From contig CAVRAL010000001.1 of NCBI GenBank assembly GCA_963719085.1, positions 1,377,999 to 1,441,998 of the forward strand: 64,000 nucleotides of DNA, in the 5' to 3' direction. Positions 33,078-44,120 of this stretch are shown here, in pieces. Origin of the DNA: a candidate division FCPU426 bacterium. Its GTDB lineage: Bacteria > Oederibacteriota > Muellerivitia > Muellerivitales > Muellerivitaceae. Under the pieces are notes generated by a model. That model saw only the letters and a list, made by a program, of their open reading frames with translations, did not search any database and was not told the DNA's origin. The number at the start of each line of letters is the position of its first letter. Position 1 is the first letter of the stretch. Position numbers and translations under genes: made by a program.

Positions 33078-33530
33078 TTACCAGCGGTTCCCGAAGCCCC
33101 CGCCGTCATTGCGTTTACGGTTGCCGTCCCGGCGTCCACCGCCGCCGCCGAAACCACCCCCGCCATTGCCATCCCGGTCCCGGCCGCCACCGCCGCCAAA
33201 ACCGCCGCGGCCTCCGCCGCCGCCCTCACGGCGTCCTCCGCCGAAGCCACCCCCGCCGCCGCTGCCGCCCCTGGGCCGGTCTTCCATGGGCCGGGCTTCA
33301 TTGACCGCGATTTGCCTGGAGCCAAGCGTACTGCCGTTTAATTTTTGGATCGCGGCTTGGGCCTCGGCCTCCGTCCCCATTTCCACGAAACCAAATCCCT
33401 TGGATTTTCCGGAGAACTTATCCACAATCACCTTGGAACTCACCACTTGCCCAAAGGGCGCGAAAACTTCCTGCAACTGCGCGTCATTGGTCTCGAACGG
33501 CAGGCTCCCCACATACAATCGCTTTCCCAT
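33078..33530 (-). CDS. RRM RNA-binding protein with Gly-rich tail
   Basis: RNP2 LYVGSL, RNP1 KGFGFVEM, VNEARP, poly-Gly/Arg tail. Confidence 0.95.
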   Translation of the reverse strand: MGKRLYVGSLPFETNDAQLQEVFAPFGQVVSSKVIVDKFSGKSKGFGFVEMGTEAEAQAAIQKLNGSTLGSRQIAVNEARPMEDRPRGGSGGGGGFGGGRREGGGGGRGGFGGGGGRDRDGNGGGGFGGGGGRRDGNRKRNDGGGFGNRW

Positions 33531-33586
33531 AACGACTCCTCAAAAAGCTGGAAGATCGGACCGCCCTGAGATCCGAAGGTGACTAA

Positions 33587-34420
33587 TTATTTTTTGACCG
33601 AGCGAAAGCTTTGGCAGTAAGCGTCCTGCAGGTAAACCTTATCGAAGGTTTCTAATTCGGCCATTTTCGCGAAGGTCTTCACCAGGATATCTTCCGGGTC
33701 CATATTCACTTGGTCGCCGTAAGGCTTCAAGCGGCGGACTTCCCAAACCGCCAAGCGCAAAAAGACCTTCCACCAAAGCTTCGCCAGAAAAGTTTTCACC
33801 GGACCCATATGGTCCAGCAAGGTTTGAACGCCCAAACGGGTGCCCGCGATATGACGGGCCTCATCCTTAAGCATGAGGCGCACCATTTCTTTGCCGACGG
33901 GATCAATGGTCTCCAATTGCAACGTGCGCTGAAAGATGGAGCCCGCCAAGGTCTCCGTAAAATAAGTGGCCAGAATCCAGCGTTCCACCTGCATGGGTCC
34001 CCAGGTGGACAAGAAAACGATCCAATCGAATGCTTTTTGCTTGGCCGGGGGTGAATTGAGCTTGTTCAGGTAAAGGCGGAAAACAAAAAGATGCTTGGCT
34101 TCGTCGTAGCATTGGGTGGCGTAGTAGGTGACCATTTCAGGCAGCTTGTACATATGGGCGGCTTTGTTCATGAGGCGCTCGATAATTTCCAAACCCTGCC
34201 ACTCGCCCTCATAGAAATAATGAAGAATGTTGATCCATCCCTCGCGCACCGCGCCTAGTTCAATGGGTTGGTTCCAGTTGACGGCCGTTTCGGGGTTCCA
34301 ATCGGCGGCAAAAGCCATCCGGGAAAGCCCGTCCCAGGTTTTCGCCGTGGCCTTTTCCAATAATTCCGGCTTGGCTTCCTGGGTCTTTGAGAAATTGTCT
34401 TGAACTAGAACTTGTTCCAT
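33587..34420 (-). CDS. Ferritin-like diiron-carboxylate protein
   Basis: Paired E..ExxH motifs: EGE, DEAKH, TET, DEARH. Confidence 0.8.
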   Translation of the reverse strand: MEQVLVQDNFSKTQEAKPELLEKATAKTWDGLSRMAFAADWNPETAVNWNQPIELGAVREGWINILHYFYEGEWQGLEIIERLMNKAAHMYKLPEMVTYYATQCYDEAKHLFVFRLYLNKLNSPPAKQKAFDWIVFLSTWGPMQVERWILATYFTETLAGSIFQRTLQLETIDPVGKEMVRLMLKDEARHIAGTRLGVQTLLDHMGPVKTFLAKLWWKVFLRLAVWEVRRLKPYGDQVNMDPEDILVKTFAKMAELETFDKVYLQDAYCQSFRSVKK

Positions 34421-34436
34421 AAACTCGCATCCTTAT

Positions 34437-35000
34437 TTAGTTTTTATCAGCTCTTTGCCAAACCATGTCCAAACTCACCGGCACGTCATCGTGAATCGGC
34501 ATGGCCAAAAGACTGGGAGGTTGAATCCCAAAATCCTTAAGCGAAAGCGGAAGGGTCCCCGTCAGATGGACTCCCTCCGAATCACACTCTAAAACACTCA
34601 AAGCCACCTGCGAATAGGTCTTTTGCTGACCGGCAAAATTAACAATGACGTCGGCCGTTAAGATCCCCGGAACCTTCGACAAGGCGGCTTGCGCTATTTT
34701 AACGTTCACGGCCACCATGGGGTAAATTCCGGCCCGGGTGACTTCAAGCATATGAAGATCCCGGTTGTTGTCGCCGGATTCAAATGATTTAACCGGGACC
34801 GCCACCAAGAATTGCCCTGAGCCTTTATAGAATACACCTTTTCCTTTTGCGGATACACTTTTTCCAGTGGCTTCATGGAGAGGATGGACGACGAGATAGG
34901 AAATCGCGGACTTTTGAAGCACCCAATTCCCGCTTAAATCAAAAGCCTGTAAAAACCCCGGCAAACTCATGAAAAACAATAAAAAGAGCCTTAATTTCAA
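34437..35000 (-). CDS. YceI family protein
   Basis: Signal peptide; S.I.Y...HPLH, SF.SG..NRDLHM, DFGI.PP. Confidence 0.85.
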   Translation of the reverse strand: MKLRLFLLFFMSLPGFLQAFDLSGNWVLQKSAISYLVVHPLHEATGKSVSAKGKGVFYKGSGQFLVAVPVKSFESGDNNRDLHMLEVTRAGIYPMVAVNVKIAQAALSKVPGILTADVIVNFAGQQKTYSQVALSVLECDSEGVHLTGTLPLSLKDFGIQPPSLLAMPIHDDVPVSLDMVWQRADKN

Positions 35001-35012
35001 GGGAATCCTTTC

Positions 35013-35624
35013 TTAAAAGTTAATGGTTTCCACCAAGAGGGAGGCCAAATAGGAAACCACCAGGGTGGTCGCGGCGATTCCGTGGATGGTGCCTAAAGCC
35101 CCCAAGGGTTGATGATTTTGAACCCGGTCGTTCACCATATCGCCTAAAAGCGGGGTGAGGATCATGAGCGGAGCATGGACCCAAACCAGGGTTTCATGGA
35201 CCTGAGTGGCGCCGGAAGGCTTTAAGCCTTCGGGCTTCGGGGCAAAAATGGCGAAGGAAGCCGTCGTGAGATAAAGCGCGGTGGTCGTTAATCCTAAAGT
35301 GGCGTGAAGATTGGTGTCCGTACTTCCCTTATCCACGCTATCGGAAGTTGTTAAACCCAAAATATAAGTCGTCACCAGGGGCACCGCCGTCACCAACCCC
35401 AAAACCTGATGAATATGAAGCATGTCGGACCGGGCATCCAGCTGTTTTTGAAACTCGGGATCGCTTTGGATATCGGATTGGGAAAAGCCTAAATCTTGAA
35501 GGCCCAGCGTTGGGTTCACCGGAACTGGAGTCGCCACGGGAGCGGAACTCTTAGCCGACTGGGCCGAAGCCGTGGAAATTTCAGCGAAAAGCAGGAATAA
35601 AATTGGGAATAACTTAGTTTTCAT
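35013..35624 (-). CDS. Membrane protein with His-bearing TM helices (cytochrome b561-like arrangement)
   Basis: Signal peptide then four hydrophobic helices each starting near a His (IHQVLG, LHATLG, VHETL..VH, IHGIAA). Confidence 0.6.
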   Translation of the reverse strand: MKTKLFPILFLLFAEISTASAQSAKSSAPVATPVPVNPTLGLQDLGFSQSDIQSDPEFQKQLDARSDMLHIHQVLGLVTAVPLVTTYILGLTTSDSVDKGSTDTNLHATLGLTTTALYLTTASFAIFAPKPEGLKPSGATQVHETLVWVHAPLMILTPLLGDMVNDRVQNHQPLGALGTIHGIAATTLVVSYLASLLVETINF

Positions 35625-35736
35625 CGTTTCCTTTAAATCCTCGAATAAGAAAATATCTCACATCGAAGAAAAAGTTCAATGAAAAATAAGGTCAAACCCC
35701 GGACGAGGCTTGGAGAAAAGGTTACAAAAACGGATT

Positions 35737-38700
35737 TTAGTGGAGAACCACGATCTTGACCATTTGACGATCGACGAAATGACCGTCGCTATCGGTTAGG
35801 ACCACCACGCCAATATACATGCCGCTGGCGAGAGTCGCCGTGTCCCAGGTCAACGAATTAGAACCCGTTTGGGTCTTGATGTTTTTCAGCAATTCCCCAT
35901 CCATGTCATAAACCGTCAAGTGGAAGGTCAATTGCAAAGGCGAGTTGATGGTGATCGTGGTGACCGTGTTGCCATCCTTCAAAACCTGGGGATTGGCGTA
36001 AACTTTTCCTTCCGCGGGGCTATTGCCCGTTCCCAAAACCACAACTTCTTTTGTATCGATCAAATCCCCGCCGCTTCCATCGGACCAATGGGCTTCGACC
36101 ATATATTGGCCGTTGGAAACGACCTGACCTCCGTCCGACCTTCCATCCCAAACCAAGCTGATCCCCGAGCCGGCGACGTTGGCTTCCACGTTTACGCTGA
36201 CCGTTCCCGGGGCGCCTTGGGCGGTCGTGTTGCCCGGATCAATGACATTGGAGGACAGTTGAATGTCGGACATTTCCGCTCCGTTGGGATCATTCACGTA
36301 ACTATAAAGATGGCGGACGATTTCACCCGACGAATTGAAAATATCCACCTCAATCTTGGTGAGTACCCGGTTGACCACGACCGGTTGGGAAACGCTGGTC
36401 ACCACGCCGTACGGGTCTTGGCTGTCCAATTTGATGTAATACTGGCCGTTGTCAACCGGAGCCCCGGCTTGGTTCGTTCCATTCCAAGACGCGAGCGCCA
36501 CCCCGTTGACGATCACATAAACCACCCCGTTCAGGCTGGTGATTTCCTCGGTTTGTTCCAACTGAAGGCTGTCCATGGGTTGGGAATAGGTTTGAATCAA
36601 AATTTGCTTGATCAACTCTCCCGCCGAGTTATAAACCGCCAAATGCACCAAGTAATTGGCGGAAACCTCAACATTTGAGGTAACCGTCTTGGGCACGTTG
36701 AGGCTGGCATAAGTCAGGCTCGCCGTATTGATCAAGTAGGTGGCTCCCGGAACGTCGTTATCCACGCTAGCCGTGTAGGTTAAGGTCACCGATCCGGTTG
36801 GCAGAGGCGTCCCGGAGAAATCCCAGGTCAAGACCTGACCGACCGCCGTGGGTGTCGGCGCGCCCGAAGGCAGCGGCCCGGAAGGACCAAAAGAAACAAA
36901 GGTCATATAGGCGGGTAGTTTATCCACCACCTTCACTTGATTGGCCGTGTTCCCCACCACGCTCAAGGTGATGGTGTAAGTAATGACATCGCCCGCCTTC
37001 GCCACGGTCTGGGAAGCCGTCTTTTGGATATTTACGTTGGGAGTCGGCGTCGGCGTAAAGCTGGGCGTAAAGGTAGTCGTCGGGGAGAACGTGGGGGTAT
37101 TGGTAAAGGTTAAAGTCGGGGTAAAGGTGGTGGTCGGTGTATTCGTCGGGGTAAAGGTGAAGGTTTTAGTCCAAGTCAGGGTCGGGGTGAAGGTCGGGGT
37201 GAAGGTTGGAGTAATGGTCTTGGTAAAGGTCGGCGTAAAGGTATAGGTATCGGTAAAGGTATTCGTCGGCGTCCAAGTCGGAGTGGGCGTGGAAATAGGC
37301 GTGTCCGTAACGGTGTTGGTGGGCGTGGGGGTTTTCGTGACGGTCCAAGTATTGGTCGGCGTCCAGGTATTGGTCACCGTAAAGGTGTTCGTAGGCGTAT
37401 GAGTCGGCGTCGGGGAGTTGGTGGGAGTCCAAGTATTGGTTGCGGTCCAAGTATTCGTCACCGTCGAGGTGACCGTCGGGGTCCAAGTATTCGTAATGGT
37501 ATTCGTCGGCGTCCAGGTATTGGTGGGGGTTTTCGTATTCGTCACCGTCGGCGTGTTAGTGGCTGTCCAAGTATCCGTCACTGTATTCGTCGGCGTAAAG
37601 GTGTTTGTTTCCGTCACCGTGTTGGTCGGCGTAAAGGTATTGGTCACCGTGTGAGTCGGGGTCCAAGTGAAGGTATCCGTAATGGTGGGCGTGAACTGAT
37701 AGGTGTTGGTGATGGTCGGCGTCCAAGTAACGGTCGGGGTATTGGTCGGGGTGAAGGTATTGGTCATGGTTTTGGTGTTCGTGACGGTCATTGTGCTTGT
37801 CGCCGTGTTCGTCGGGACCGAAGTCGAGGTCGATGTTGAGGTGGAGGTCGGAATCGAAGTCGAGGTGCTGGTTGCCGTCCAAACGGATGTCGCGGTGGAT
37901 GTCGCAGTCGGAATCGACGTGGCCGTTGAGGTGCTCGTCGTGGTCACCGTGGAGGTGGCCGTCGAGGTGACGGTGGCGGTTTTAGTCGGCGTGATGGTCG
38001 GAGTCACCGTGGGCGTAATGGTCGGCGTGATCGTGGGCGTAATGGTGGGGGTTACCGTCGGCGTATTCGTCGGCGTGATAGTCGGGGTCACCGTGGGCGT
38101 AATGGTCGGCGTAACCGTTGGCGTGATGGTCGGCGTTATCGTGGGGGTGACCGTGGGAGTTTTAGTCGGGGTGATCGTCGGCGTTTTGGTCGGCGTAATG
38201 GTGGGCGTGGGGGTGACCGTGGGCGTCGGAGTCTTGGTGGGCGTGGGGGTTGGCGTGGGCGTCGTGCAAACGCCGTTCCATTGGAAATAATCATAGTCAA
38301 TATCATTACAATGGCCGCCGTCATAACCCAGCAAGCCGCCCGTATAGGTGCAATCGGAGAAGGTGGCGACCACCGTATAGGCCGCTGGGCTCGTTCCAAC
38401 GGAAACCTGGAAATTACAGCCGTTGATGATGACTTGAACCCAGATGGCGTTGCACATAATGGACTGAACCGCCCCGGTCAAGGCCGCCGTCGAAACCGTG
38501 GTAAAGGTGCCGTTGGTGATTTTCCCGAAAACCAAGGAACTTCCAGGGTTGCAACCATTATTCACGAAATGCAAAGCGTATCCATCGCCCGTGCCGCGCT
38601 GATAATTCCAAAGAAGCCCGTCGTCCTGTTGGCTCCCGACCTTCATCTCCACTTGAAGCGTGCCGGGGCCGCTCGCCACCTCATCCATTAAAAGCTGGGA

Positions 38701-39972
38701 ATCGTTATAGCTGCCGCAGCCCGTATTTTTAATAAACCCGCCCGATTGAACCCAGGCGGTCCCTTGCGTCACCGGCACCATACCCGTCACCCATCCCGGA
38801 GGCGCTCCATAAAAAGTACCCGTGGCATGATTCCAGGTCACCGAACACTGCGGCACGATGGGACAGGCCATTTGGGAAACCAAGGCTTGCTGGTAATAGG
38901 TTGTCTTGCTCAAGCTGTCGATCAGGGGCATGCCCCATTCCAGTTGGTTGCCGGTAATGGCGCTGGCGGGATAATCTTGGTTGGGATAATAATCCCGGAG
39001 TTTGGCCACTTGGTCCGGACCCGTGCCGCAATCCAAAATGAAATCAGGACCCTTGAATACAGGCGGACCACCCGCGCCCGAAACGCCGCCCGAACCATAA
39101 GGCTCTAATTCTTCCGGATCATCGGTATGGCCGCAGCCGTCATTCGCCCCAACGGCGGTAAACCGCGTCAGTGAATTGGCGCAATTCACCCCGGCGCAAT
39201 TCCAGTCTTGCTTGGCGTCCGTCGGGGCCTGTCCGTACTTAATTGAAACCGCGCCCGGATTTCCGCCGTCATCCTCAATATGCCAGGCTTGATTTCCATC
39301 GGAAAGATCCACGACGTTGACGGTGTTCACCGCGGGATCGTCATAAAGGATGATGACCGTCCAAGTCTGACACGCGTAACCGTTGGTCAAACTGAAGGAC
39401 GCGTTATAAAAAATTTGATTAGGCCCGGCCCCGATGCCCGTAATATCGCTGGGCGGCAACGGGAAGCGGGCGCCATCCCAAGATTGATAATAAGGAAAAT
39501 TCTCGGGCGAACCCAAGGGCACCGCGCCGCTCACCGCGTTTCCGTTAAACACGGCCGTACTGCCGGTCAAATCGGGCGGCGTCACACCGGTCGGTTGGCC
39601 CGCGCCCAGTCCTTCCACGTATAAAAAGGCCGTCACCGGAATGGCGCCCGCGGGTAAATTCACCGTCACGGGTTTTCCGCACTGCGCGGTCGCCGCGACA
39701 TAATTCAAGCCCACATCGCTGAAGACACCCAATTGCTGCATGGAATAAGTGCTCGGCTGGCTTGGCGCGCTGCTGTTACAAACCGTCAGCGCGGCAAACG
39801 CCGGGGAGCCCAAAACCGCGAGTGAAAGGAATGAGAATAAAAAAATGACGGCGCGGGACTTTAAGAAAGTCCGCGAAATCGGGGATAGCACAACTTGAGG
39901 GTTGAACGCTTTTAGGAGCGTGACGACCACCTTCACATTTTTTTCATAGAAACGTTTTAAGTCCATCGTCAA
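35737..39972 (-). CDS. Large secreted/surface protein: Cys-rich N-terminal domains, Thr-rich stalk, DUF11-like domain, two FlgD-Ig-like domains, C-terminal sorting-like domain
   Basis: Signal-like segment ..SPAFA; IQKTAS...[12 protein letters not shown] (DUF11); [18 protein letters not shown] and [17 protein letters not shown]; terminal LASGMY..KIVVLH. Confidence 0.75.
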   Translation of the reverse strand: MTMDLKRFYEKNVKVVVTLLKAFNPQVVLSPISRTFLKSRAVIFLFSFLSLAVLGSPAFAALTVCNSSAPSQPSTYSMQQLGVFSDVGLNYVAATAQCGKPVTVNLPAGAIPVTAFLYVEGLGAGQPTGVTPPDLTGSTAVFNGNAVSGAVPLGSPENFPYYQSWDGARFPLPPSDITGIGAGPNQIFYNASFSLTNGYACQTWTVIILYDDPAVNTVNVVDLSDGNQAWHIEDDGGNPGAVSIKYGQAPTDAKQDWNCAGVNCANSLTRFTAVGANDGCGHTDDPEELEPYGSGGVSGAGGPPVFKGPDFILDCGTGPDQVAKLRDYYPNQDYPASAITGNQLEWGMPLIDSLSKTTYYQQALVSQMACPIVPQCSVTWNHATGTFYGAPPGWVTGMVPVTQGTAWVQSGGFIKNTGCGSYNDSQLLMDEVASGPGTLQVEMKVGSQQDDGLLWNYQRGTGDGYALHFVNNGCNPGSSLVFGKITNGTFTTVSTAALTGAVQSIMCNAIWVQVIINGCNFQVSVGTSPAAYTVVATFSDCTYTGGLLGYDGGHCNDIDYDYFQWNGVCTTPTPTPTPTKTPTPTVTPTPTITPTKTPTITPTKTPTVTPTITPTITPTVTPTITPTVTPTITPTNTPTVTPTITPTITPTITPTVTPTITPTKTATVTSTATSTVTTTSTSTATSIPTATSTATSVWTATSTSTSIPTSTSTSTSTSVPTNTATSTMTVTNTKTMTNTFTPTNTPTVTWTPTITNTYQFTPTITDTFTWTPTHTVTNTFTPTNTVTETNTFTPTNTVTDTWTATNTPTVTNTKTPTNTWTPTNTITNTWTPTVTSTVTNTWTATNTWTPTNSPTPTHTPTNTFTVTNTWTPTNTWTVTKTPTPTNTVTDTPISTPTPTWTPTNTFTDTYTFTPTFTKTITPTFTPTFTPTLTWTKTFTFTPTNTPTTTFTPTLTFTNTPTFSPTTTFTPSFTPTPTPNVNIQKTASQTVAKAGDVITYTITLSVVGNTANQVKVVDKLPAYMTFVSFGPSGPLPSGAPTPTAVGQVLTWDFSGTPLPTGSVTLTYTASVDNDVPGATYLINTASLTYASLNVPKTVTSNVEVSANYLVHLAVYNSAGELIKQILIQTYSQPMDSLQLEQTEEITSLNGVVYVIVNGVALASWNGTNQAGAPVDNGQYYIKLDSQDPYGVVTSVSQPVVVNRVLTKIEVDIFNSSGEIVRHLYSYVNDPNGAEMSDIQLSSNVIDPGNTTAQGAPGTVSVNVEANVAGSGISLVWDGRSDGGQVVSNGQYMVEAHWSDGSGGDLIDTKEVVVLGTGNSPAEGKVYANPQVLKDGNTVTTITINSPLQLTFHLTVYDMDGELLKNIKTQTGSNSLTWDTATLASGMYIGVVVLTDSDGHFVDRQMVKIVVLH
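37039..38265 (-). repeat. Coding low-complexity repeat, about 410 codons with Thr at nearly every second residue
   Basis: [20 protein letters not shown] and TFTP units in the translation. Confidence 0.9.
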
Positions 39973-40225
39973 ACCTAACCTCGCGGCACTTACTTATAAC
40001 GTTTTTATGTCGTTCAGGAATGAATAGGTATTGTGAAGTATATTTTCCAGGTAATCTTCAATTACCTTAATTTTCAAGGCTTTCGCCGTCGACTAGAAGT
40101 TTACCACTAAACTTGATAAATAAAAGCCTCTAATCGTTAAAAATACTGGAAAAACCCTTAAAAATAAGGCCGAAATAGGCACTTTTTCCTATAAGGGAAA
40201 ATAAAAGAGCATTAGGATATCGCCC

Positions 40226-41449
40226 ATGCGCGGTACCGTTACCCGGTTCTTACTACTATTTTGCCTTTGGCTGCCAGCCCATCCTTTAAGGGCCGATTAC
40301 GGCTGCCGCTTCCTGATGAATTCCCGCTTATCGACAACACTGGATAGTTCGGATCAAAAAATCGCTTTTAGGTTTACCAGCCGCCAAGACGCCAATGTCA
40401 TCGCCCTTTCGTTTTTTTGTCAAACGGCCCAAAATCCTCCGGCCTATTTAATCAGCTTGCAAGAAGATAAAAACGGGACGCCTTCCGGCGTTCCGCTGGG
40501 AACGGCCAGTGTGGTCCCTCAACCCGCGAGTTGGATCACGGTCCCCCTCAATAATATCTCCCTCAACCAGGGAAAAATTTATCACCTCGTCATCGAGCAC
40601 AATGTCACCCGCGGGGGATTTCATCCGGTCGGCGTCATCGGGCCCAACCATAACGCGGCCTTCGCTTACTCGGACGTGCCCAATCAAGTCGATCCCCAAG
40701 ATGGAAAACCCGATCCGCAATTAAATGTCCTTCTTTTTCAAAAAGGCGTCTGGAAAAAAATCGACCGCCAGCCCATCTTCGCCCTGCATGAATCCGGTTC
40801 CCAAGTCCAGGGAGACCCTTACGATGATTCCGAGGCGCTTCCCATCCATGGAAACGGCACCCCGCAAGACCGCTCGGATGATGTGCTGCAAGGCGAAGCG
40901 CTTCATCCCCATTGCGCTTTTACCGCCTCTGCCATTGTCTTACGGGTTCGCGCCCAAGGCCGACCCACGGCGCCGTTGAACTACCGCGTCTATACCAATG
41001 ATTATCGAAAACACATCACCAGCCTGGCCTTCACCGGTGTCGCGCTGAATCCCCCGCAAGCCCCCTCGGTGTTTCAATGGGTGACGGTCAAGCTTCGGCC
41101 CGAAGATCATCCGGAAGGTTTTCCCGATGAATGCCGCTACATTGTCTTTCAAACCGATTCGGGCCGGGCTTCCAGCGCCGCTCCCGGTTGTGAGGATTGT
41201 TATCTATTATCCGAGGTTGGAAATTCGGGCGGTCTGGCGGACGCCTGCGACCTGACCTTTGACGGCGGTCCCCACTTGTCCCGCGAGGCGACTTCCTTGA
41301 ATGGCGGGGTCTCTTGGACCGACGCTTTTGAGCGGGACGCCGATGTCTATTTGGTGGGGCCGGATTGCTCCTCGATGATTTCAGACGCCCCGCCCATCAC
41401 CCATCCGCTGACTCCCCCGGATTCTTTATTTAGGTTCCTTCAACCATGA
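40226..41449 (+). CDS. Hypothetical secreted protein (beta-rich, probably two related domains)
   Basis: Signal peptide; 407-aa ORF; ATGA overlap with the next gene. Confidence 0.7.
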   Translation: MRGTVTRFLLLFCLWLPAHPLRADYGCRFLMNSRLSTTLDSSDQKIAFRFTSRQDANVIALSFFCQTAQNPPAYLISLQEDKNGTPSGVPLGTASVVPQPASWITVPLNNISLNQGKIYHLVIEHNVTRGGFHPVGVIGPNHNAAFAYSDVPNQVDPQDGKPDPQLNVLLFQKGVWKKIDRQPIFALHESGSQVQGDPYDDSEALPIHGNGTPQDRSDDVLQGEALHPHCAFTASAIVLRVRAQGRPTAPLNYRVYTNDYRKHITSLAFTGVALNPPQAPSVFQWVTVKLRPEDHPEGFPDECRYIVFQTDSGRASSAAPGCEDCYLLSEVGNSGGLADACDLTFDGGPHLSREATSLNGGVSWTDAFERDADVYLVGPDCSSMISDAPPITHPLTPPDSLFRFLQP

Positions 41450-42606
41450 ACTTTTCCTTCATCCGGCTTTCATTAATCCCTCTCGCGGCCGCGCTCGTCT
41501 TGACCGCGCCCTCGCTTTTACGCGCCGAACATATCATGGACAGCGTGGACGCCCTGACCTCGGCCCTCGCGGGAACCCAATCCCAGTTTGAGCGGGGGGA
41601 TTTTTCGGACGCCGTGACCACTTCACAAAAAGCCGTCCAATTGGCCCAAGACCGGTTCGGCCCGCTTCATCCCGCGGTAGCGCCCTATTACGACAATCTG
41701 GCGGTCGTGGACCAAGCCCTGGCCCTTTACTCGGACGCGGAGTCCAATTTCAAATGGGCCTTGGCCCTGCGGGAAAAATCCTTGGGTTCGATGGACCCCG
41801 CCGTGGCCCCGTCTCTGGTTTCCTTGGCTTATCTGGAGGAACAACTAGGGCGTTTTGAGGAAGCCGATTTGTCGGTTCAAAGGGCTCTGGCGGTTGAAAA
41901 ATCTTCCCCAACGACTCCGCCGGCGGCCCTGGCGGGAAGCCTCCTGCTGGCGGCGGACATCCAGGAACATTTAGGCGCCGAAACCCAAGCGTCTTCCGAT
42001 TTGAAAGAAGCCCTTTTAACGGCTACGGGGGGCGGCCCAGACTTAGATCCGGTTCGAGCGCAAGCGCTAACGCGTCTGGCGGATTTTGAAATGACTCAAA
42101 AGAATTTCACCGAGGCCGAAAGCTATCTTCAAAAAGCCCTTCAAATCACCCAAAAGACCGCCGCGCCGGCGGACATCCGGGTCGCGGACGCCTTAAAAAA
42201 TCTGGCGGACTTTTACGCGGCGACGGGCGACCGCCAAAAAGCCGGTGACTTATACCAACAAACCTTGACCCGGGATCTTCATTTTATCGGCGCCGAAGAC
42301 ACCTACGCCAATATCCCTTATCACCAAAGGGGCGCCGACGCCTACTTCGCCCTGGGGCAATGGAAAGACGCCCAGTCCCTTAATCAACGGATTTTAAAAA
42401 TTAAAATCCAGGTTTACGGACCCGACCATCCCGAAGTCGCCCTGAGCTTGGAAAACTTGGCCAAAATTTCCGAACAACTTCAGGACAAAGCCGAAGCGGT
42501 TAAAGATTTAAAAAACGCTTTGGAAATCCTAAAAAAATATTTTAATCCGGACCATTCGCTGGTCCAGGACGCGCAAGATCGCCTGAACGCGCTTTTAAAA
42601 AATTAA
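41446..42606 (+). CDS. Secreted tetratricopeptide repeat protein
   Basis: Signal peptide; repeated G..HP.VA..L.NLA and AE....AL units (kinesin-light-chain-type TPR). Confidence 0.88.
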   Translation: MNFSFIRLSLIPLAAALVLTAPSLLRAEHIMDSVDALTSALAGTQSQFERGDFSDAVTTSQKAVQLAQDRFGPLHPAVAPYYDNLAVVDQALALYSDAESNFKWALALREKSLGSMDPAVAPSLVSLAYLEEQLGRFEEADLSVQRALAVEKSSPTTPPAALAGSLLLAADIQEHLGAETQASSDLKEALLTATGGGPDLDPVRAQALTRLADFEMTQKNFTEAESYLQKALQITQKTAAPADIRVADALKNLADFYAATGDRQKAGDLYQQTLTRDLHFIGAEDTYANIPYHQRGADAYFALGQWKDAQSLNQRILKIKIQVYGPDHPEVALSLENLAKISEQLQDKAEAVKDLKNALEILKKYFNPDHSLVQDAQDRLNALLKN

Positions 42607-44120
42607 CGCCCGCTTAAGCGTTCTTCCAAACCGCTTCCCTTCCGGACAAAAAACATTAACTGGCCCGAAATGGGAATCCGGCGGAGGGGGGCATAGTCTT
42701 TTGCCATCTGGTTTAAGACCGGGTTTTGACCCCAATTCCCCGCCAACTCCCCCCGGTTGAGGATAAAAAGATCGGGCGCGGTCCGGTTCAAATCATTCAA
42801 CACCCGGCAGCTGAGAGAATCAGCCAAAGGGCCCTGGGTCAAAGGATCGCAAGTTAAAACGCCGCTGGGCGGGACGCGCCGGGTTAAATAATAAAGCTGG
42901 GTCTCCTCGCCCCACTCGTAAAAGGTCTCGGTGGGTTTTAAAAAGTCATCCAAGTTCCGGGCGAGATTATAAGTTTCAACGGTCGCGTCCCCCGCCTTGA
43001 TCCGGGACCAATCCACCGCCCACCGTTGATAAAAAGGCCACTCGTGGCAAAAGGCGAAAAGAAAAAGTAACAGCGCCGGCAGGAAAGCCAGCCTCCAGTT
43101 CCAGGCTTGGATCCATCGGCGCAGTTCCTCGAGCCCCCAAGCCGCCCCGATGGCCAGGGGGGGAAGCCAACACTGATAAGACTCCGGGGCGAACGAGGCC
43201 AAGCTGACTTCGATGAAAACCCAGCCGCCGTAAGCGCTCAGCAAAAGCCACAAACGGGATTGGGACGAAAAACCCCGGCAAACGCCCAAAAACGCGGCTA
43301 ACCCAAAGGGAATCCCCACCCGCAGGGCGTCCGGCCACAGCCATTGCCATCCGTTTTGGTTTAAGTCGGACCGCGCCAGTTGATAAAGGTTGTAAGAAAA
43401 AACCGATCCCCAGAAGTCGGCCAAATGTCCAACCAACAGAAAATATAAAAAAACAACCGATCCCATCCCCGCCAGAGCGCCCCAAAACCATCCCATCCCT
43501 TGAGCGAAATGGGATTTTCCTTTTCCCTCAAAATGGTTCCACCCGAGCCAAGCCAGACTGAATAAAATTCCCAATCCTAGTACGGACAGTTGATAAAGAG
43601 AGGCCCAACCCAGCAAAAGGCCGGCCAGGATCCAAGACTTAAAATTAAACCGTCTTTCAGGACGGCATAAAAGAAAAAAGAAAGCCCAGCAAACAAAAGC
43701 GTTCACAAATCCTTCCGAAAGCGGTTGGTTGGCCCGAAGCGAAGGATCCCCGGAAACCAAAGTCCACAAACCCGCGGCCAGCAGGCCCGTCCCGGGACCG
43801 CCATAACGAAAGCCGATTCCAAACAAGGCGCCCAAAATCGACCAGGCGATCAAGAGATTCAATAGAAATAACGAGTAGGGTCCCCAGCCGCCTAAAGCCT
43901 CCGCGAAGGCGTAGGAAAGCGCGAGGGCGGGCGGATGAGCGTCCCACAAGTCGGAATAAAGGGACCGGCCCTGTAAAAGTCCGTGACCGATCAAAGCCGC
44001 GGTCGTAATGGCGGGCTGCTGGGGCTCCCCGTAGGTATGGGCGCGCTCCCAAGTTAAAACCAGGGCCATGACCAACAAAAGGCCCCCAACAGCCTTCCAA
44101 GGCCCTTGGCTTTTTTTCAC
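42603..44120 (-). CDS. GT-C fold membrane glycosyltransferase (ArnT/PMT-like)
   Basis: LY.DLWD.HPP motif, many TM helices, C-terminal WG....YYL..R..P soluble domain; GTG start overlapping the rluD stop. Confidence 0.75.
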   Translation of the reverse strand: MKKSQGPWKAVGGLLLVMALVLTWERAHTYGEPQQPAITTAALIGHGLLQGRSLYSDLWDAHPPALALSYAFAEALGGWGPYSLFLLNLLIAWSILGALFGIGFRYGGPGTGLLAAGLWTLVSGDPSLRANQPLSEGFVNAFVCWAFFFLLCRPERRFNFKSWILAGLLLGWASLYQLSVLGLGILFSLAWLGWNHFEGKGKSHFAQGMGWFWGALAGMGSVVFLYFLLVGHLADFWGSVFSYNLYQLARSDLNQNGWQWLWPDALRVGIPFGLAAFLGVCRGFSSQSRLWLLLSAYGGWVFIEVSLASFAPESYQCWLPPLAIGAAWGLEELRRWIQAWNWRLAFLPALLLFLFAFCHEWPFYQRWAVDWSRIKAGDATVETYNLARNLDDFLKPTETFYEWGEETQLYYLTRRVPPSGVLTCDPLTQGPLADSLSCRVLNDLNRTAPDLFILNRGELAGNWGQNPVLNQMAKDYAPLRRIPISGQLMFFVRKGSGLEERLSGR

